DNA of 64,000 nucleotides, from contig CM035351.1 in the NCBI GenBank assembly GCA_020137815.1, positions 7,688,001 through 7,752,000 of the forward strand. The letters are read 5' to 3'. A program made the translations under genes and the position numbers. This document shows, one piece after another, positions 28,650-41,756 of the stretch (position 1 is its first letter; the number at the start of each line of letters is the position of its first letter). Under the pieces are notes generated by a model. It was not told where the DNA came from and made no database searches. It worked only from the letters and a program-made list of their open reading frames with translations. Origin of the DNA: Hormiphora californensis (lineage: Eukaryota > Animalia > Ctenophora).

Positions 28650-31600
28650 TTATTTGTAGAAAGGGGGGTCGCCGACCAGTGGGCAACCTGCGTTATAGAT
28701 GTCCTCTTGGAGTCCTCTCCTGCTACCGCATTGTATCTCGTCCAGGAAGTTCTTATTGATCTTAATCCCGATCCGCTCACAGTGCTGTGCGAATGTGTTA
28801 GCCAGGGCACACTCCGTCCTCCCCTCATATCGGGGGACATCAGCATAGCACAGATCCATGATACAGGACTCCCTGTAGAAGGTCACACCAAGGTTATCCA
28901 TACATTTTGAAAACACTGAAGAGTTTAACATATCGTCACATGTTTCAGCGTGCCTCCTCTGCTCCTCCTGACTGCACTGTCTCGGTGATGGCTCTACTAC
29001 TTGACATCCCGATCCAATGCCCCAACTCTCGGCATGCTTCCCTGCGTCTCCCCCCGTGTTGCCATAGCGACCCCGGTTGAAATCATCACTAGCGTCTCCT
29101 GAAATATCGATGAGTTAAAGGGTGGAGTGTGTTAGAGCAGGGAGAGAAAAAATGCTGTCTGTAGACTCAGTTAATTAAGCGCACAAAATGGGCTTTGGGA
29201 GCCGCCAGACAGGAAAAATGGGGATAATACAATTAGAGTGTCATATATCCATAATATATATGTTCATGGTACTCTGAATATGCATGACGGAATAAATCCG
29301 AAATGAAAGGTACATTATCAGTAGCCAAGTTTCACATACCATTATTGTTGCCACAGAGTCCACAGGTGGCGCCCTTGGTGGGTACAGTTATCTGAATACC
29401 CCAGAATCCATCGTAAACCATAGAGACTCCATTGGGGGCATCGACAGTTACTGATAACCCTGTGTACTCAACATCAACCCCAGAGATTGTTTGCTGGGAA
29501 TTTAGTAGGGGATGAGTTCAGGAAACATAGAGGAGTTTAGGGGATATATTTTCTGGAATAATAAGCGAATTTGTGATAACTGATAATGGATGAAAATATT
29601 AAGTCTAAGGCGGGACACATAAAAACTGAGCGATTAAAGGTCTTATAGGATATTAGGGCGTGATTTAGGGCTCATGATGTGAATTGGTGCAATTACAAGT
29701 CCCTGGCAGGGAGGGAGGCTTTTGCAGGGTTTTTGCAAAATATTAAGTCTATTTTCAGATCTAATTTAGGGTTCCAGTAATATATTATCCAGTGACATTA
29801 CATATTATTCACTACTTACCCGTTGTTTCTTGGTAAGCCGGTACTTCACTCCATCTACTGATACAATCCAGCCCCGATCCAGAGAAATGGACTGGGATCC
29901 CATGTGTAATGTCACCTTCTCCAGACATGTCGTCCCTTCACCACAGGGCATGAACATACCGTAGATAAACCAACTGTAATTCACACAGTCCATCGCCAAA
30001 ACATAGGTACATTGTCCCATGAAGTCGTAGCTCCTTCCATCAAATGTGATGATGTGGGGCTCTCCAAAGACCTGGGGAGAGAAAGGAGTGTTAAAACTGA
30101 AATTGTGGAGTAGACTTTACTTCCATGACAGCAGAATAAGATCAGCTGACTATTTCCATAGCAACGAGTTACCTTGCAAGTTTTTATCTCCTCAAGGGGA
30201 TCTTGGACTGCATTGGAGATTACTTTCAGCTGCAAACCCTCTGAAATAGTTCTCTGTCCGCAATGTTTGGCCTGGCATCGATAGGTGGCCGCATTTCCTA
30301 GTTTCACTGGACTAAGGACGTACTGGGCCCCAACGTGCACCACCCTGGTCTTAGCCATCTTTTTGTTTTATCAGCTTCACCTGGAGCAACATGTACTTCT
30401 AATGGTACTGGTCACTGGACATATATCACCTCCCAGTTAACAGTAAGCTGTCTCCTGGGCATTCAATATTTTGAATATATGTTACCTGTGGGTCAGCTGA
30501 TTTACAAGAGATGGTAGCGGTGCTGCCCTCGTAGACAGTGGTACCAGTTCCATCCATACTGGTGATAAAGATCTCAGGAGCACTTGGTTCAGTCGCCATA
30601 CATGTCCCGGGGGCCGTTACAAAGAGAGAAACACCTGGGAGTGGGATGAGTAATGTGAGAAACAGACATGAGACATGAATATAATATGATGAGGGAGGGA
30701 GTGAGAAAATTATGCGGTCGAATGACTGCCATTAGGATATATTCTCGCATGAGAGACCCTAATTCTGTATTACATAGGCGAGATTATCACGTTTATCGAA
30801 AAACAATGTGAAATTACCTTCCTCGCAGGCTCTGTGTTTCATCTGGCACTCATTTAGGTAGGTCATGCAGTTGGAGGCACACACTGGCTCAAACGTGTTT
30901 TCTTCGCAGACATCGCATTCGCAGGATGTCGTATAAGCCCGGTAATCAGCCTGGTAGTGAGGGTTTTACAATTCGTTGCTAGGGGTTTATAATTTGTTGC
31001 TAGGTAACTGCACAACACAATGACATCACATGAATTACATCATTTCTTATCTTTACCTTGCAGTGTTTGTTAGCGGGACACTCCACCTTTAGACACAGAT
31101 CATCAACTATATCAATATAAGCTCGGCCACTCGTAGCACCGTTCTGATTTATCGCAATACACATATACCAACCTAGAGAGGAGAGAAAGCATTTCAGAAC
31201 TGGTATCAGTGTCTAGACCAGGGAATATATTCCGTGCCTGGCAGAGAACTCTCTCTCTCTCTCTCTCAATATACCTTCGTCAATCTCTGTAACTGAACCG
31301 AACTGGTGCATTACTCTCACATCATTTTCCTCCGTATCCTCTGATACTGTGACGTCAGTTAGGAAGTCTGAAATATCCGTGAACTGGTCCTCCTTGATTA
31401 TGAGAACTGTCGGGGTAGGTGATCCCACTGCCTGACAGAGATAATGAGAGATTAGGATAGAAAAGTATCAAGGAAAGTAGGGCTGTATCCTAATCTAAGG
31501 ACAGAAATAACTGTGTCCGATAACGATGGGTATAATTACATTGCATTCAAGGATCGCTGAAGCCCCTCTGGCTACCGTTACGTTCACTGGGGGATCGTAG

Positions 31601-31665
31601 ATAACTGGTGTGGATCCGGACCGCACAGCGGGGAAAAACAGTGTGGCAAGCAGTAATGGAATCAT
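28650..31665 (-). CDS. Secreted Ig-like / follistatin-Kazal / Ig-like / VWD / C8 protein, multi-exon
   Basis: Signal peptide MIPLLLATLFFPAVRSG, Ig (PPVNVTVARGASAILECN-AVGSPTPTV...DEGWYMCIAIN), Kazal (EPVCASNCMTYLNECQMKHRAC), second Ig (NAATYRCQA), VWD (FGEPHIITFDGRSYDFMGQCTYVLA...TCGLCGN), C8 (YRESCIMDLCY...ECALANTFAQHC). Confidence 0.8.
30996..31008. promoter_or_regulatory. Candidate RFX X-box
   Basis: GTTGCTAGGTAAC resembles the GTNRCN-N(0-3)-RGYAAC X-box; intronic in VWD gene, ~1.5 kb upstream of CFAP251. Confidence 0.35.
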
Positions 31666-32162
31666 AACTAGACAAAGAGATAGGGGGCGTGTTAACTTTG
31701 GAATGTAACGGAAAAGGGAAAAAATACATAAAATTCAGTAAATGAGATGGAGCGAGGGAGATAATAATATATTAGGGGCAGAAATATTATATCAGGGCTC
31801 ACCCCCCTCCCCCTCCCCCGCTACAAGCCTCTGCTTGATAGGAATGTATGTAAAACTCCGTGACGACCAACAACTACTAACGTTCCCCAGGGACGACTGA
31901 CAGGAAGCCAAATTGAAGAAGACATCTTTAGGAGGCAAGCAAGAATTTAGCTCACAACTAAAAAAGGGGCCAGTTTTCCGGGTAACGGATATTCTGGACA
32001 GTTATTAACACACAGTCGATACTACACTAAATGCACATTAATAAACGTATCACATGCGTGATACAGTCGTTTCGAATGAAGCACGTATAATGTGATTTAA
32101 ACATAGTACAAAGTGGGACAATATATAGAGGGAGGTCAGAGAAAGTGATGCATACGATAAGA

Positions 32163-32236
<74 letters not shown>

Positions 32237-32517
32237 GAGAGGATGGATAGAGAAGCGGATAGAACAGGGATAGGGATAGAACGCAGCATGACAAGATGAA
32301 CGGAGGGCGGATGAATAATGAAAGGTCTGCTGCAGCAACTTGCGAATAATGCTATATCACGCAGATCTTGTCTTCCTTTTTATGAATCTGCTGCTTTCTG
32401 TCGATGATCTATCCCCGGTTATAAAGCTTCTTCTTCTTCCTATACTATCATTTCCCTGATACTTCACTCCTCTGTCATAGTACATTATCTAACACTCCCC
32501 CACCCGTTAGCTAGATC

Positions 32518-35500
32518 ATGGCTGAGGAAACCACTGAAGCCACTAATGATCAGTTCGCCCTGAACGTCTCCTGGTGTTTCGGATTCAACAAAGAAGTAGG
32601 AGCTGTCAACGTCTCTCCAAATGACACCAAGAAACTGCTTCCTTTACGCCGCTGGCCACACTGGAATTGTATACAACTTTGTGGACAATACCCAGACCCT
32701 TCTCCAGGGCCATACCTCTAATATCACATGTATCGCAGCCAGTGCCAACAAGAGGTGGGCGGTGATGGGAGATGCTGGTCCTGACAACATGATATCTGTA
32801 TGGGATGTGACCACAGGAACACCCATCAGGAATATATTCGATGTTGGTGGTGTGTTGAGTTTGTCCATTAGTAACGATGCGAGGTACGTGGCAGCAATCA
32901 GTGTCTCAAACAATGAGTTCATGATCTGGGACTGGACCTCAGAGAATGAGGACACTCTCTACCGACAAGAGATCGATGCTCATCCCCCAGACATTCCTGG
33001 CGTTCAATCCAGAGAACAGTCATGAGTTGGTGTCGAACAGTCTTCACGAGGTTATTTTCTATCACTTTGATACCGACAAACTGACAGTTCACATTCCCAA
33101 CCTCCCTGAGAAGGACTTCAACAGGACGATCGGGAACTTTAGCCAGTCCTGCTTCAAACCTGGGTGCACGGAGGCCATTGCTGGCAGTAAAGATGGAACT
33201 GTGACCGTGTTTGATTGTGATGGGAACGAGTGAGAATGGTGCGTACAAGAGGGTCACTAAGATAGTGAAGCTCATGGATGACCCTATCACCGTGGTATCC
33301 ACCTACGAGGCCATGGTGGTGGTTGGAAGTAGGGATGGGAGTGTCAGGTTTTATGACTCTCAAATGAGAATCAAGAACTGGTACGGGACATTTGATGCCG
33401 GGTCGGTTGATTCAGTTTCCTTTGCTGCAAAGGGTGACGAGGGACAGGCTGGGGAGGCCAAGGCGATCCCAGCTCAGTCGACCCTGGAGGCAACCCCCTT
33501 CATCATCACTGACTTCACAGTTAGCACAGAGGAATCCATTGTGTGCAATGTCCCTGCACGAACTAACAAGGTAGAGAGGCTTCTAGAGGAGCACAACGAC
33601 AGTATCAAGGCCATCGATACCCATCCGCTAAACAACAATGTGGCCATGGGCAGCTACTGCGGACTCCTAAAGGTCTGGGACTACATTAACAAAACGGAGT
33701 CAAATAAGAGGAACTTTGGAGTGAGCAATGAAATTACCGCTTTATGTTATGATGCTATTGGTGAAAATCTCGCAGTTGGATTTTATGATGGTACGATCCT
33801 GATCCTTGACTCCATAACTCTGGAGACTGTGGCGGAATTCACCCACGCCAAGGCTCTCATCACACAACTGGCTTTCTCTCACGACTGTATCTTCCTCGCT
33901 GCCACGGATCTAGACACCACAACGACACTCATCAAGAGAAGCACGGACTCTGAGAACCCCTGGATGTACATTGGGCGGAACAAGGCTCACTACAAAGCCA
34001 TTGTGAACATCTTGTTTGGGGTGGCACTGGATAGTAATGTTCCCAGACTACTCTCCTTGGGAGTGGATAGGAACCTGGTGGAATACGATATATTGAACAG
34101 CACGGAGGACAATCTACTGATCATGAGTACAGATAAGATAGAGCAGAGTGCCATGCCAGTATCGTGTGCTTGGTATCCTCCCATCAACAAGGAACATTTC
34201 CTACTGATCGCCAACTCTGAATACAAGTACAAGTTACTGAATGCCACTACTAAACGCTGCAGGAAGACCCTGATGGGACCTACACTGGGATCCCATGTTC
34301 AGAAGATTGTCAACCTGAATCGAGGTGATAAACACTACATAGCATTCATAACGGAGGATAAGATTGGGATGACATTACTACCACTAGATGGTAACCCACA
34401 CAACACTACAGCCCTCTTGGGACACTGTGATGGGGCAACCAATCTGGTGTCCTGCCCCCAGAGCCGGTTTCTCTTTACTGCAGGTGGAAAGGTAACTATA
34501 GGGGCATTGCAAAACAAGCATAACAACGCTGGGAATTTAAGTAGCAATCAGGAATGTGGGAATGGGTTAAAGGAGTTGAGTTGTGGGATTTTAAGATTAA
34601 GAAAACAACGCAAAATATAACGTGTGAAACTTGTCCACTGGGATAAAAAGAATAGACGAGAAACAAAAAATAAAAGTGAGAGGGAGGGAGGGAAACAAAT
34701 CACGGGGGAGGGGGCTCTATGACATCATACCATTGCAACTCAGTAGCCATTACAGAGTGACACCCCTCCCCTGGCAGGTATGCAGGATGTGGGAGGTCAA
34801 CCCGGACGTGCTACATGGAACTGCAGCTCTAGGTGGCAGCGGGCTGGATCCCTTCTATCAACTGCTAGAGGGTGGCAAGGGTGGACCCCTGGCAAGAGAG
34901 ATGGAGGAATATTTCTACTACGCTCAAATGAGGTCCCAATCTGTCGCCACCACTGAACACAGGAAGGTATGTGAGAGAGGGGGGCACAATATAGTTCCAT
35001 ACAGAATATGCTAGAAAGTAGTAAGAAATCCAGACAAGATCTTCGTGAATATAATGAACTATATCCGAACTATATAGCGCGAGTCTGATAGCGACATTTA
35101 AATATCGGGAGAGAGAAATTAAATAGCGGGTTAAAGGGTAAGGTCTAGCAGAGAGCTGTGGTAAGTGGGCAGGATGGCAAATGGCCATATATTCCTGTCC
35201 GCAAAAAGAGAGGGTAAAAGAGACAAGTGTTAAATCTATTGATCTGTCACGACGCTAAACTGACAAAGTCACACCGCAACTTTACTGTATTCTACATGCT
35301 CTTTCTCTCTCACACTTTCCGAATTCTATATAATTCTCTTCCTTCTATATCATATGATCCTTCTTCATACCTATCTCCATCGCACCCTTCTTCCTTCTAT
35401 TTCTCTAGAGAGGTAGGGTCCCTCTCTTCCTCCCTCTCTCATGCCCCTCCCCCCGGCAGGTAGGGAAGTACGTAACACTAGACGAAGTGCCTAACATTAT

Positions 35501-36940
35501 GCGAGCACTGGGCTTCTACCCCTCGGAGCTAGAAGTTCAGGATATGATAAACGAAGTGAAGTTCTCACAGTACGTGGAAACCGGAAAAACAGTAAGTACT
35601 GAAGCCCTAGATCTCGCGATCTAATTGTTGATAACTTATCAATATGTGAAGTTGTTGTTGTTGTCGGGAAACGCGGCTTCCGGCAGATTCACTACTTGTG
35701 ATTTTGTTTGGTATCATAACTTTATATCAACTGTATCACACTTCCGGAGAATTATATCATCTAATATCTCTTTCTTCCTTTATATCTCTATTCTCTGTCG
35801 GTTTCTCTCTTATTTCCGGGCTACTCTACTTCTCCCGCTCCCCTCGATCTGCCATATTTCCATACAACCGTCTCCCATGACTTCCTAATCCTATATCATG
35901 CTGTGTTAATATTACTTCTTGATGACCTAAGAAACATTCTTGACCCATTTCTTCCATCATTCATATTTTTTAGTCATGATATCCCACCTGAACACCCCCT
36001 CTCCCTCACTTTTTCTTACCCTGACTTCGCATGCTTTGTGAAGTATGCAGTCATACCCCATCTTGGAATATGATGCTTTTAAACAATCTCACATGATGGC
36101 TCCCTAGATCTATCGCCCCTCCTTCGATCCCATGATCCTTCTCCCGTCAGTAATTGGAATCTCTATCTCCCTGTCTCTGAGTGTCTCTATCTCTATATAT
36201 CTCTCTCTGTTCCGTCTGATTCTCACTCATATCGTCCCCCAGGTAACAGAAATAGACCTTGCAACACTGATTAAGCTATACTGTAATCACAGACCAGTCT
36301 TTGGATTGCCTCTCTATAAAGTATACGATGCCTTCCACACCCTGGCTGGGGCAGACGGAAATGCTCAAATCGATAGAGGTATGCAGTATTGATATTTATT
36401 CTGTCAACTCATTCCATTCCTCCTTCTAATTTCTCTGGCTCTCGTTCCCTTCATCGGCATCATCCCCAGGACTCTCCGTCTCCCTTACACTAATGGAATT
36501 AATCGTTAACAACTAGTTTTACTGTGCATGACCTCAGTAAATATATCACCCCCTCTCTCCCTACTGCAAGGCTCATCTTCTCATCTCTCTCATCCTATCA
36601 TCCCCTCTCTCTCTATGTCTCACCCCTCTCTCTCTCTCTATGTCTCACCCCTCTCTCTCTCTCTCTCTCCAGGTCTCCTACTCTCACCCTCTCCCTCTCT
36701 CCAGGTCTGCTACTCTCGCTTCTGCAGAACCGAGGTGAACACATCTCAGAACCGGAACTAGCAGAATACCTGGCCTCCCTACTAGATCTCTACGGGTCTG
36801 CTACAAATACAGAAGATAAGATGGCAGCAGTGGAGCCAGCGAAGGTGGGAGAGACATTGGAAGTGATTCTACCAGAGGTCCTGGATGCCGATCTCTTCAC
36901 TGAGCATATACTTGGGTTTGTGCCAGCAACAGTAGAATGA
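32518..36940 (+). CDS. CFAP251: Cilia- and flagella-associated protein 251 (WDR66); large first exon with apparent indel errors, then exons ~34778-34966, 35460-35591, 36243-36378, 36706-36940
   Basis: WD40 repeats (LNVSWCFGFN, LQGHTSNITCI), PRLLSLGVDRNLVEYD, LPLDGNPH, LEGGKGGPLAREMEEYFYYAQMRSQ, VPNIMRALGFYPSELEVQDMINEVKFSQY, IKLYCNHRPVFG: characteristic of WDR66. Confidence 0.9.
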
Positions 36941-37349
36941 ATGCAACAACAACCTGAATAGTGAGGAGGCCGAGTTGTTTTTTAGAAGACAGAAAGGACA
37001 TCAAGTTGATGCTGATGTGTAAATAATGTACAGATCATCAATAATGTGTACATAAAGAGATTTTTGTGTTTCTACATGTAACAAAGTGTTCAGAACTCGA
37101 GAAGACATAAATTCAAAATGTAATGATTTTATTCCTTCTGCGCCCTTCTCTCTTATAACACCCACGTTGTATTAGATCATTAGCGTGACATGTGCCACCG
37201 CCACCCCCTTAGTCTCCCCCAATATCTAACGCTAGTCCCTTCTGTGACTCGTTATCTCCCCTTCCCACCCAGATTTTAAAACTACCCCATTGCCTGTATT
37301 CTACTCTCCCCCATAAACCTAACCCTAATGTCCTCTCTATTTTAGCGTC

Positions 37350-39041
37350 ATGGCGTTGTCCGGTATGAAACGGGAGGCCAGCAACGTCTCAGCTGCCACA
37401 ACTGCCCGGAACTTGGTCCCCATTACACCCCAGAAGGCGGTGAACCCCTTCAAAATCCCACCTGAGAACGAGATCTTCCAATTACGGGATGCTGAGAGAC
37501 AGAAAAAGAAGTCAGACAGGGAGAACCAGAGGTCACTGGCAGTTCATGAGAAAACAACATATGCCCACCAGATGCGAGCTCGGACCTTGAAAGCGAGGCA
37601 ACCCTTTGGGGATACTGAGATCGGTGCTGAGTTAGTGGAGGGAGAGGGAGACCAGGTGATTGGTCAGGATGATCCCCTCCAACTAGCAACCAGAGACCGA
37701 CATGTTGAGAAAGAGGACTTAGCAAGTTTCGTTGCCAAGAAACGTGAGATGTTCCTTGTACAGTACTCTCTAGGAGTAAAGAGGGACGAGATGAGGAAGC
37801 TTGAAGAGATAGCTCAGGCAGAAGAGCTGAAGCTTGAGAAAGCAGAACAGTTTTTAGAGGAGGATGCTAATATGTTTGATGCCTTCCTCAAGGAGACAGA
37901 TAAGAACTCTGTGGAGGCAATCAAACTAGCGGAGCAGGAGACCAAGGCAAAGATGGAGAAGGTGGCAGAGATTAAGAAGATTCAGGCCCAGATAACGGGG
38001 TTGAGGAGTGAGATTAGTAAGAATGAAGATCAGTTGAAGGAGTACCAGACCTACAAGATATTCCTTGAGAACCTCACCCCAGTGGAGTGGAAGGGAGACA
38101 GGGAGAAGAGGAGGGCCGGGAGGAGGGCAGAGAGAAAGAAGAAGAAGGCTGAGGAGAAACCAGTCCCCACCACTCCCTCCAGTACCTCTCAATCCCAGGA
38201 CAGGGGTTCCAAGAGGGGCTCTGTGTCTAGGACGCCCAATAAGGCACCCAGAAGGAAGGCGTCCAACCACGGAGCGGACACGGAGAGCCTGGTATCGGGT
38301 GTTTCCAACCATTATGAGAGTGATGGAGAGGAGAGTGATGATAGCTGTGATCTATACTTCACTGACCCTCAGCAGCTTCTCAACATCTTTGCAGAACTGG
38401 AAGAACAGAACCTGTCTCTAATCCAGAACAGTCAGGAGACTGAAGAGGCCCTGGATGAAATGAAGCAGACAATCGAGACGACCAAGGCCAGAATGAATAA
38501 GGAGACAGAGGTACTGAAGGCTCAGATAGGATCCCTCGAGAAGCAGATCACTGCTGAGGAGGAGAAGAGTAAGGAGCTGGAGCACAAGAGTAAAATGTTC
38601 TCCTATGGGCACTACGAGGGAGACAACCAGGAGAAAATGTTGGAGATGTTGAATGAGAAGGTAGAGGAGGTCTACAGGAGTTGTATTGGAGACAACGAGG
38701 CAAATATCTCAACTCTACAGATGTTGACCAACATAGAGAACAGGTTGGAGGAGCTATTTGAACACATTGAAATGATGCCTCAGGAGAAGGTGGAGCTAGC
38801 TGAGAAAGCGAAGGAGAAGGAGAGGAGGTTGAAACTAAGGGAGGAGAAGAAACAACAACAGAAACTACACCAAGAGGAGAGGGTAAGAAAGGCACTGGAG
38901 AGGGCCAAAGCTGATCCTAAGGTTCAAACGGGCAAGAGGTTGGTGTTCCGATCGAAGCCTCCTGAGGAGCAGAAGAAGCAGACTGATGTTGTGGATAAGA
39001 GTAATGCAGAGGACGAAGAGCTTGCTTACTATTTCTCCTAA
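37350..39041 (+). CDS. CFAP100: Cilia- and flagella-associated protein 100 (CCDC37), intronless 563 aa
   Basis: Single ORF with DUF4200-type FVAKKREMFLVQYSLGVKRDE, LYFTDPQQLLNIFAELEEQNLSLIQNSQETEEAL and C-terminal GKRLVFRSKPP...EDEELAYYFS. Confidence 0.9.
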   Translation: MALSGMKREASNVSAATTARNLVPITPQKAVNPFKIPPENEIFQLRDAERQKKKSDRENQRSLAVHEKTTYAHQMRARTLKARQPFGDTEIGAELVEGEGDQVIGQDDPLQLATRDRHVEKEDLASFVAKKREMFLVQYSLGVKRDEMRKLEEIAQAEELKLEKAEQFLEEDANMFDAFLKETDKNSVEAIKLAEQETKAKMEKVAEIKKIQAQITGLRSEISKNEDQLKEYQTYKIFLENLTPVEWKGDREKRRAGRRAERKKKKAEEKPVPTTPSSTSQSQDRGSKRGSVSRTPNKAPRRKASNHGADTESLVSGVSNHYESDGEESDDSCDLYFTDPQQLLNIFAELEEQNLSLIQNSQETEEALDEMKQTIETTKARMNKETEVLKAQIGSLEKQITAEEEKSKELEHKSKMFSYGHYEGDNQEKMLEMLNEKVEEVYRSCIGDNEANISTLQMLTNIENRLEELFEHIEMMPQEKVELAEKAKEKERRLKLREEKKQQQKLHQEERVRKALERAKADPKVQTGKRLVFRSKPPEEQKKQTDVVDKSNAEDEELAYYFS

Positions 39042-40138
39042 ACAAACTAAAAGGACAATATCAGTGTGAATAACAGATAAAACCTAAACAAGCAGAGACT
39101 GAGCGAACTGAGAGACAGGAAGAAAGAACTGAATTTTATTGCCAGAGGTTGTGTGTTTTATCGTCAATGTAAATACACGTGTATAAATATAATTTTATGT
39201 GTTAAAAGAGATTATATCCTAAGATATTTTAACACTGCGGTCTCTACCCAACAACCCTAAATCCCAACTACCCTCGCTCAGAACCCTCTCCTGCCTTCCC
39301 TAACATCTCCCTGTCGTTTAGTGTCGCTGAAGCCAATCATGTTACTGCGATCGGTTATTGTACGGCTTGAAATGAGTAAAGAATATTCGATATGTAATGG
39401 ACATGGAAATAACAACTAGAGTGCGGGGTTGGCGATGCGTAAAAGCTTTTAGAAATAATATATCACTGATAAAAATGTTCTAAAATCTTACAACATATAA
39501 TTTTAACGGGCTGAAAGAACAACGAATAGGAGGATGTAAAAAGGTCAATATAAATCTAGATAAAGGGCTCACATTAGGGGTCGGCATGACAGCAACTTCT
39601 ACTAGTCGAATCACTCCCCACTGCGTGTTAACATGGCAACTAGGGCACACTTTCTCCTACTGCAGAGAGGGGGGACAGGGACCCCCCCTAGTCAGTTAGG
39701 CGACTAGTCATTTGTCTGGGAACTAGAGTATAATATCAGGGGCTTCTGAGATCACACTGTGAGCCTATATAGTGAGGGTAGAGACTGAGATAGTGAGAGA
39801 GGGAGTGAGAGAAGGAGAGAGAAAGTGAGAGAGAGAAAGTGAGAGAGAGAGGGAGAGAGAGAGAGAGACACTGCAATATAACTGAGTAGGTTAGGGCTTC
39901 CAGCTAACTAGATTTAACCCTACTAAGACGTGGTTATGTATGCAAGTAGGTACAAACCAATGTGTTGCATTTAATACCCAGACACAAAATTATGGGCAAG
40001 AATTACTGTCTGAAAGGTTAGAAGTAGTTGCGGTGCTTACCACACCCATTTCTCTGATCTCTCTTTAGATCTCTGTCTCCCTCTCATCTTTTGTAGCTTC
40101 TCACGCGGTGACAACTCACAACACCTCTACCGCTCCGA

Positions 40139-40276
<138 letters not shown>

Positions 40277-40301
40277 GCTCTCTCTCTCACACACACTCTC
40301 T

Positions 40302-40363
<62 letters not shown>

Positions 40364-40800
40364 CCTCCTTCTAGATATCTCTCCAACCCGTCAATACTAT
40401 CTCACTCGGTGATCTCACCTTCCCTAACGTTAGTCTAGTAGGTAACGATATACTGTTATCAGCCCATCCTTTCAACAACATAGATTATGACGCTTTTGGG
40501 ATGGTTTTGAGATTATCGGACATTTCTCATTAATGACTCACTCCACTTATATCTTGACCGGCCCCTCAACGACTCCGGGACTCCCTCTAACTCCTGAAAC
40601 CTCAAGTTCCCCTCTGCTCAATGTCTCTCAAGTTCTCCTCCCCTAAATACCTCTCTCCCTCAAGTTTCCCTCCGATCAATATCTCTCGAGTTCTCCTTCC
40701 CTCAATATCTCTCTCTCCCTCAATTTCCCCTCCCCTCAATGCCTCTCTACCTCTAGTTCCCCTCAACATCTCCCTCTCTCCCTCCCTCTAGCTGAATACC

Positions 40801-41609
40801 ATGGACCACGTGGGCAAGTTAAGTATAGTGGAGAATGAGGACCAAGAGGATACCTGTACCACACTAGTGCTACACAATGAGGATCACACCCTCGGTAGGT
40901 CTTATTCTGGTGTATAATGGAGGTCATATCAACTTGATATTATCAAGAATCAAGATATAATCAAGATAATAATATGTTGTATTAGAACTATAAGAGATAT
41001 AGCTGGAGTTGAGAGGTATTTAAAGGGGAGATATTGCTGAGAGAGTAGTAATATATATCAGAGACAGTCAGAGTGTCTCCGAAAAAGATAGTAATATAAA
41101 ATATGTCAACTCCCATCACACAGTACCATGTAGAACTACAGTGACGTCAGCACAACACATGTAATATATATCACTCTAACCTAACTGCATATCACTCTAA
41201 CCTGCCTCTGGGGTGACGCCCAGTTCACACTGTTAGTATCTTTCACAGTTGACAACCACTTCACTCTCATCCCTCATCACACAGTTGACAACCACTTTAC
41301 CCCCATATCCCACAGTTAGTAACTTCATCTTCTCCAACTAAATCATCTCTTCAAACCACATTACTTACTAAACCCACCTCCCAACCAGGTAACGTGCTGC
41401 GACACATGCTGGTAAAGAACCCTGAGGTGGAGTTTGCTGGGTACAGTATCCCCCATCCCTCTGAAAACAAAATCAACCTGAGGATCCAGACTTATGAGAC
41501 ACCCTGTCTGAGTGTCATGTACCGGGCCCTAGACGACACTATGGATGTGTGTGATCACGTGTTAGGGGAGATTGATAGAGCTGAGAAGGAATTCAATCAG
41601 CAGAAATAA
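40801..41609 (+). CDS. POLR1D: RNA polymerase I/III shared subunit RPAC2 (AC19); exons 40801-40894, 41389-41609
   Basis: TLVLHNEDHTLG|NVLRHMLVKNPEVEFAGYSIPHPSENKINLRIQT, the RpoL/RPB11-AC19 signature. Confidence 0.9.
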
Positions 41610-41756
41610 CAATCGACAACGAGCTTTTTAAAACTTTAATTTATTTCTTGACATCTATTTAATCTTTTACTAAACCCTTCGTTTCACCTTTTCTGTGTAC
41701 ACCCCTTTACAATCTAACCTAACTAACCCTCCCCTGATATTATAGCAAGGCAGGTC

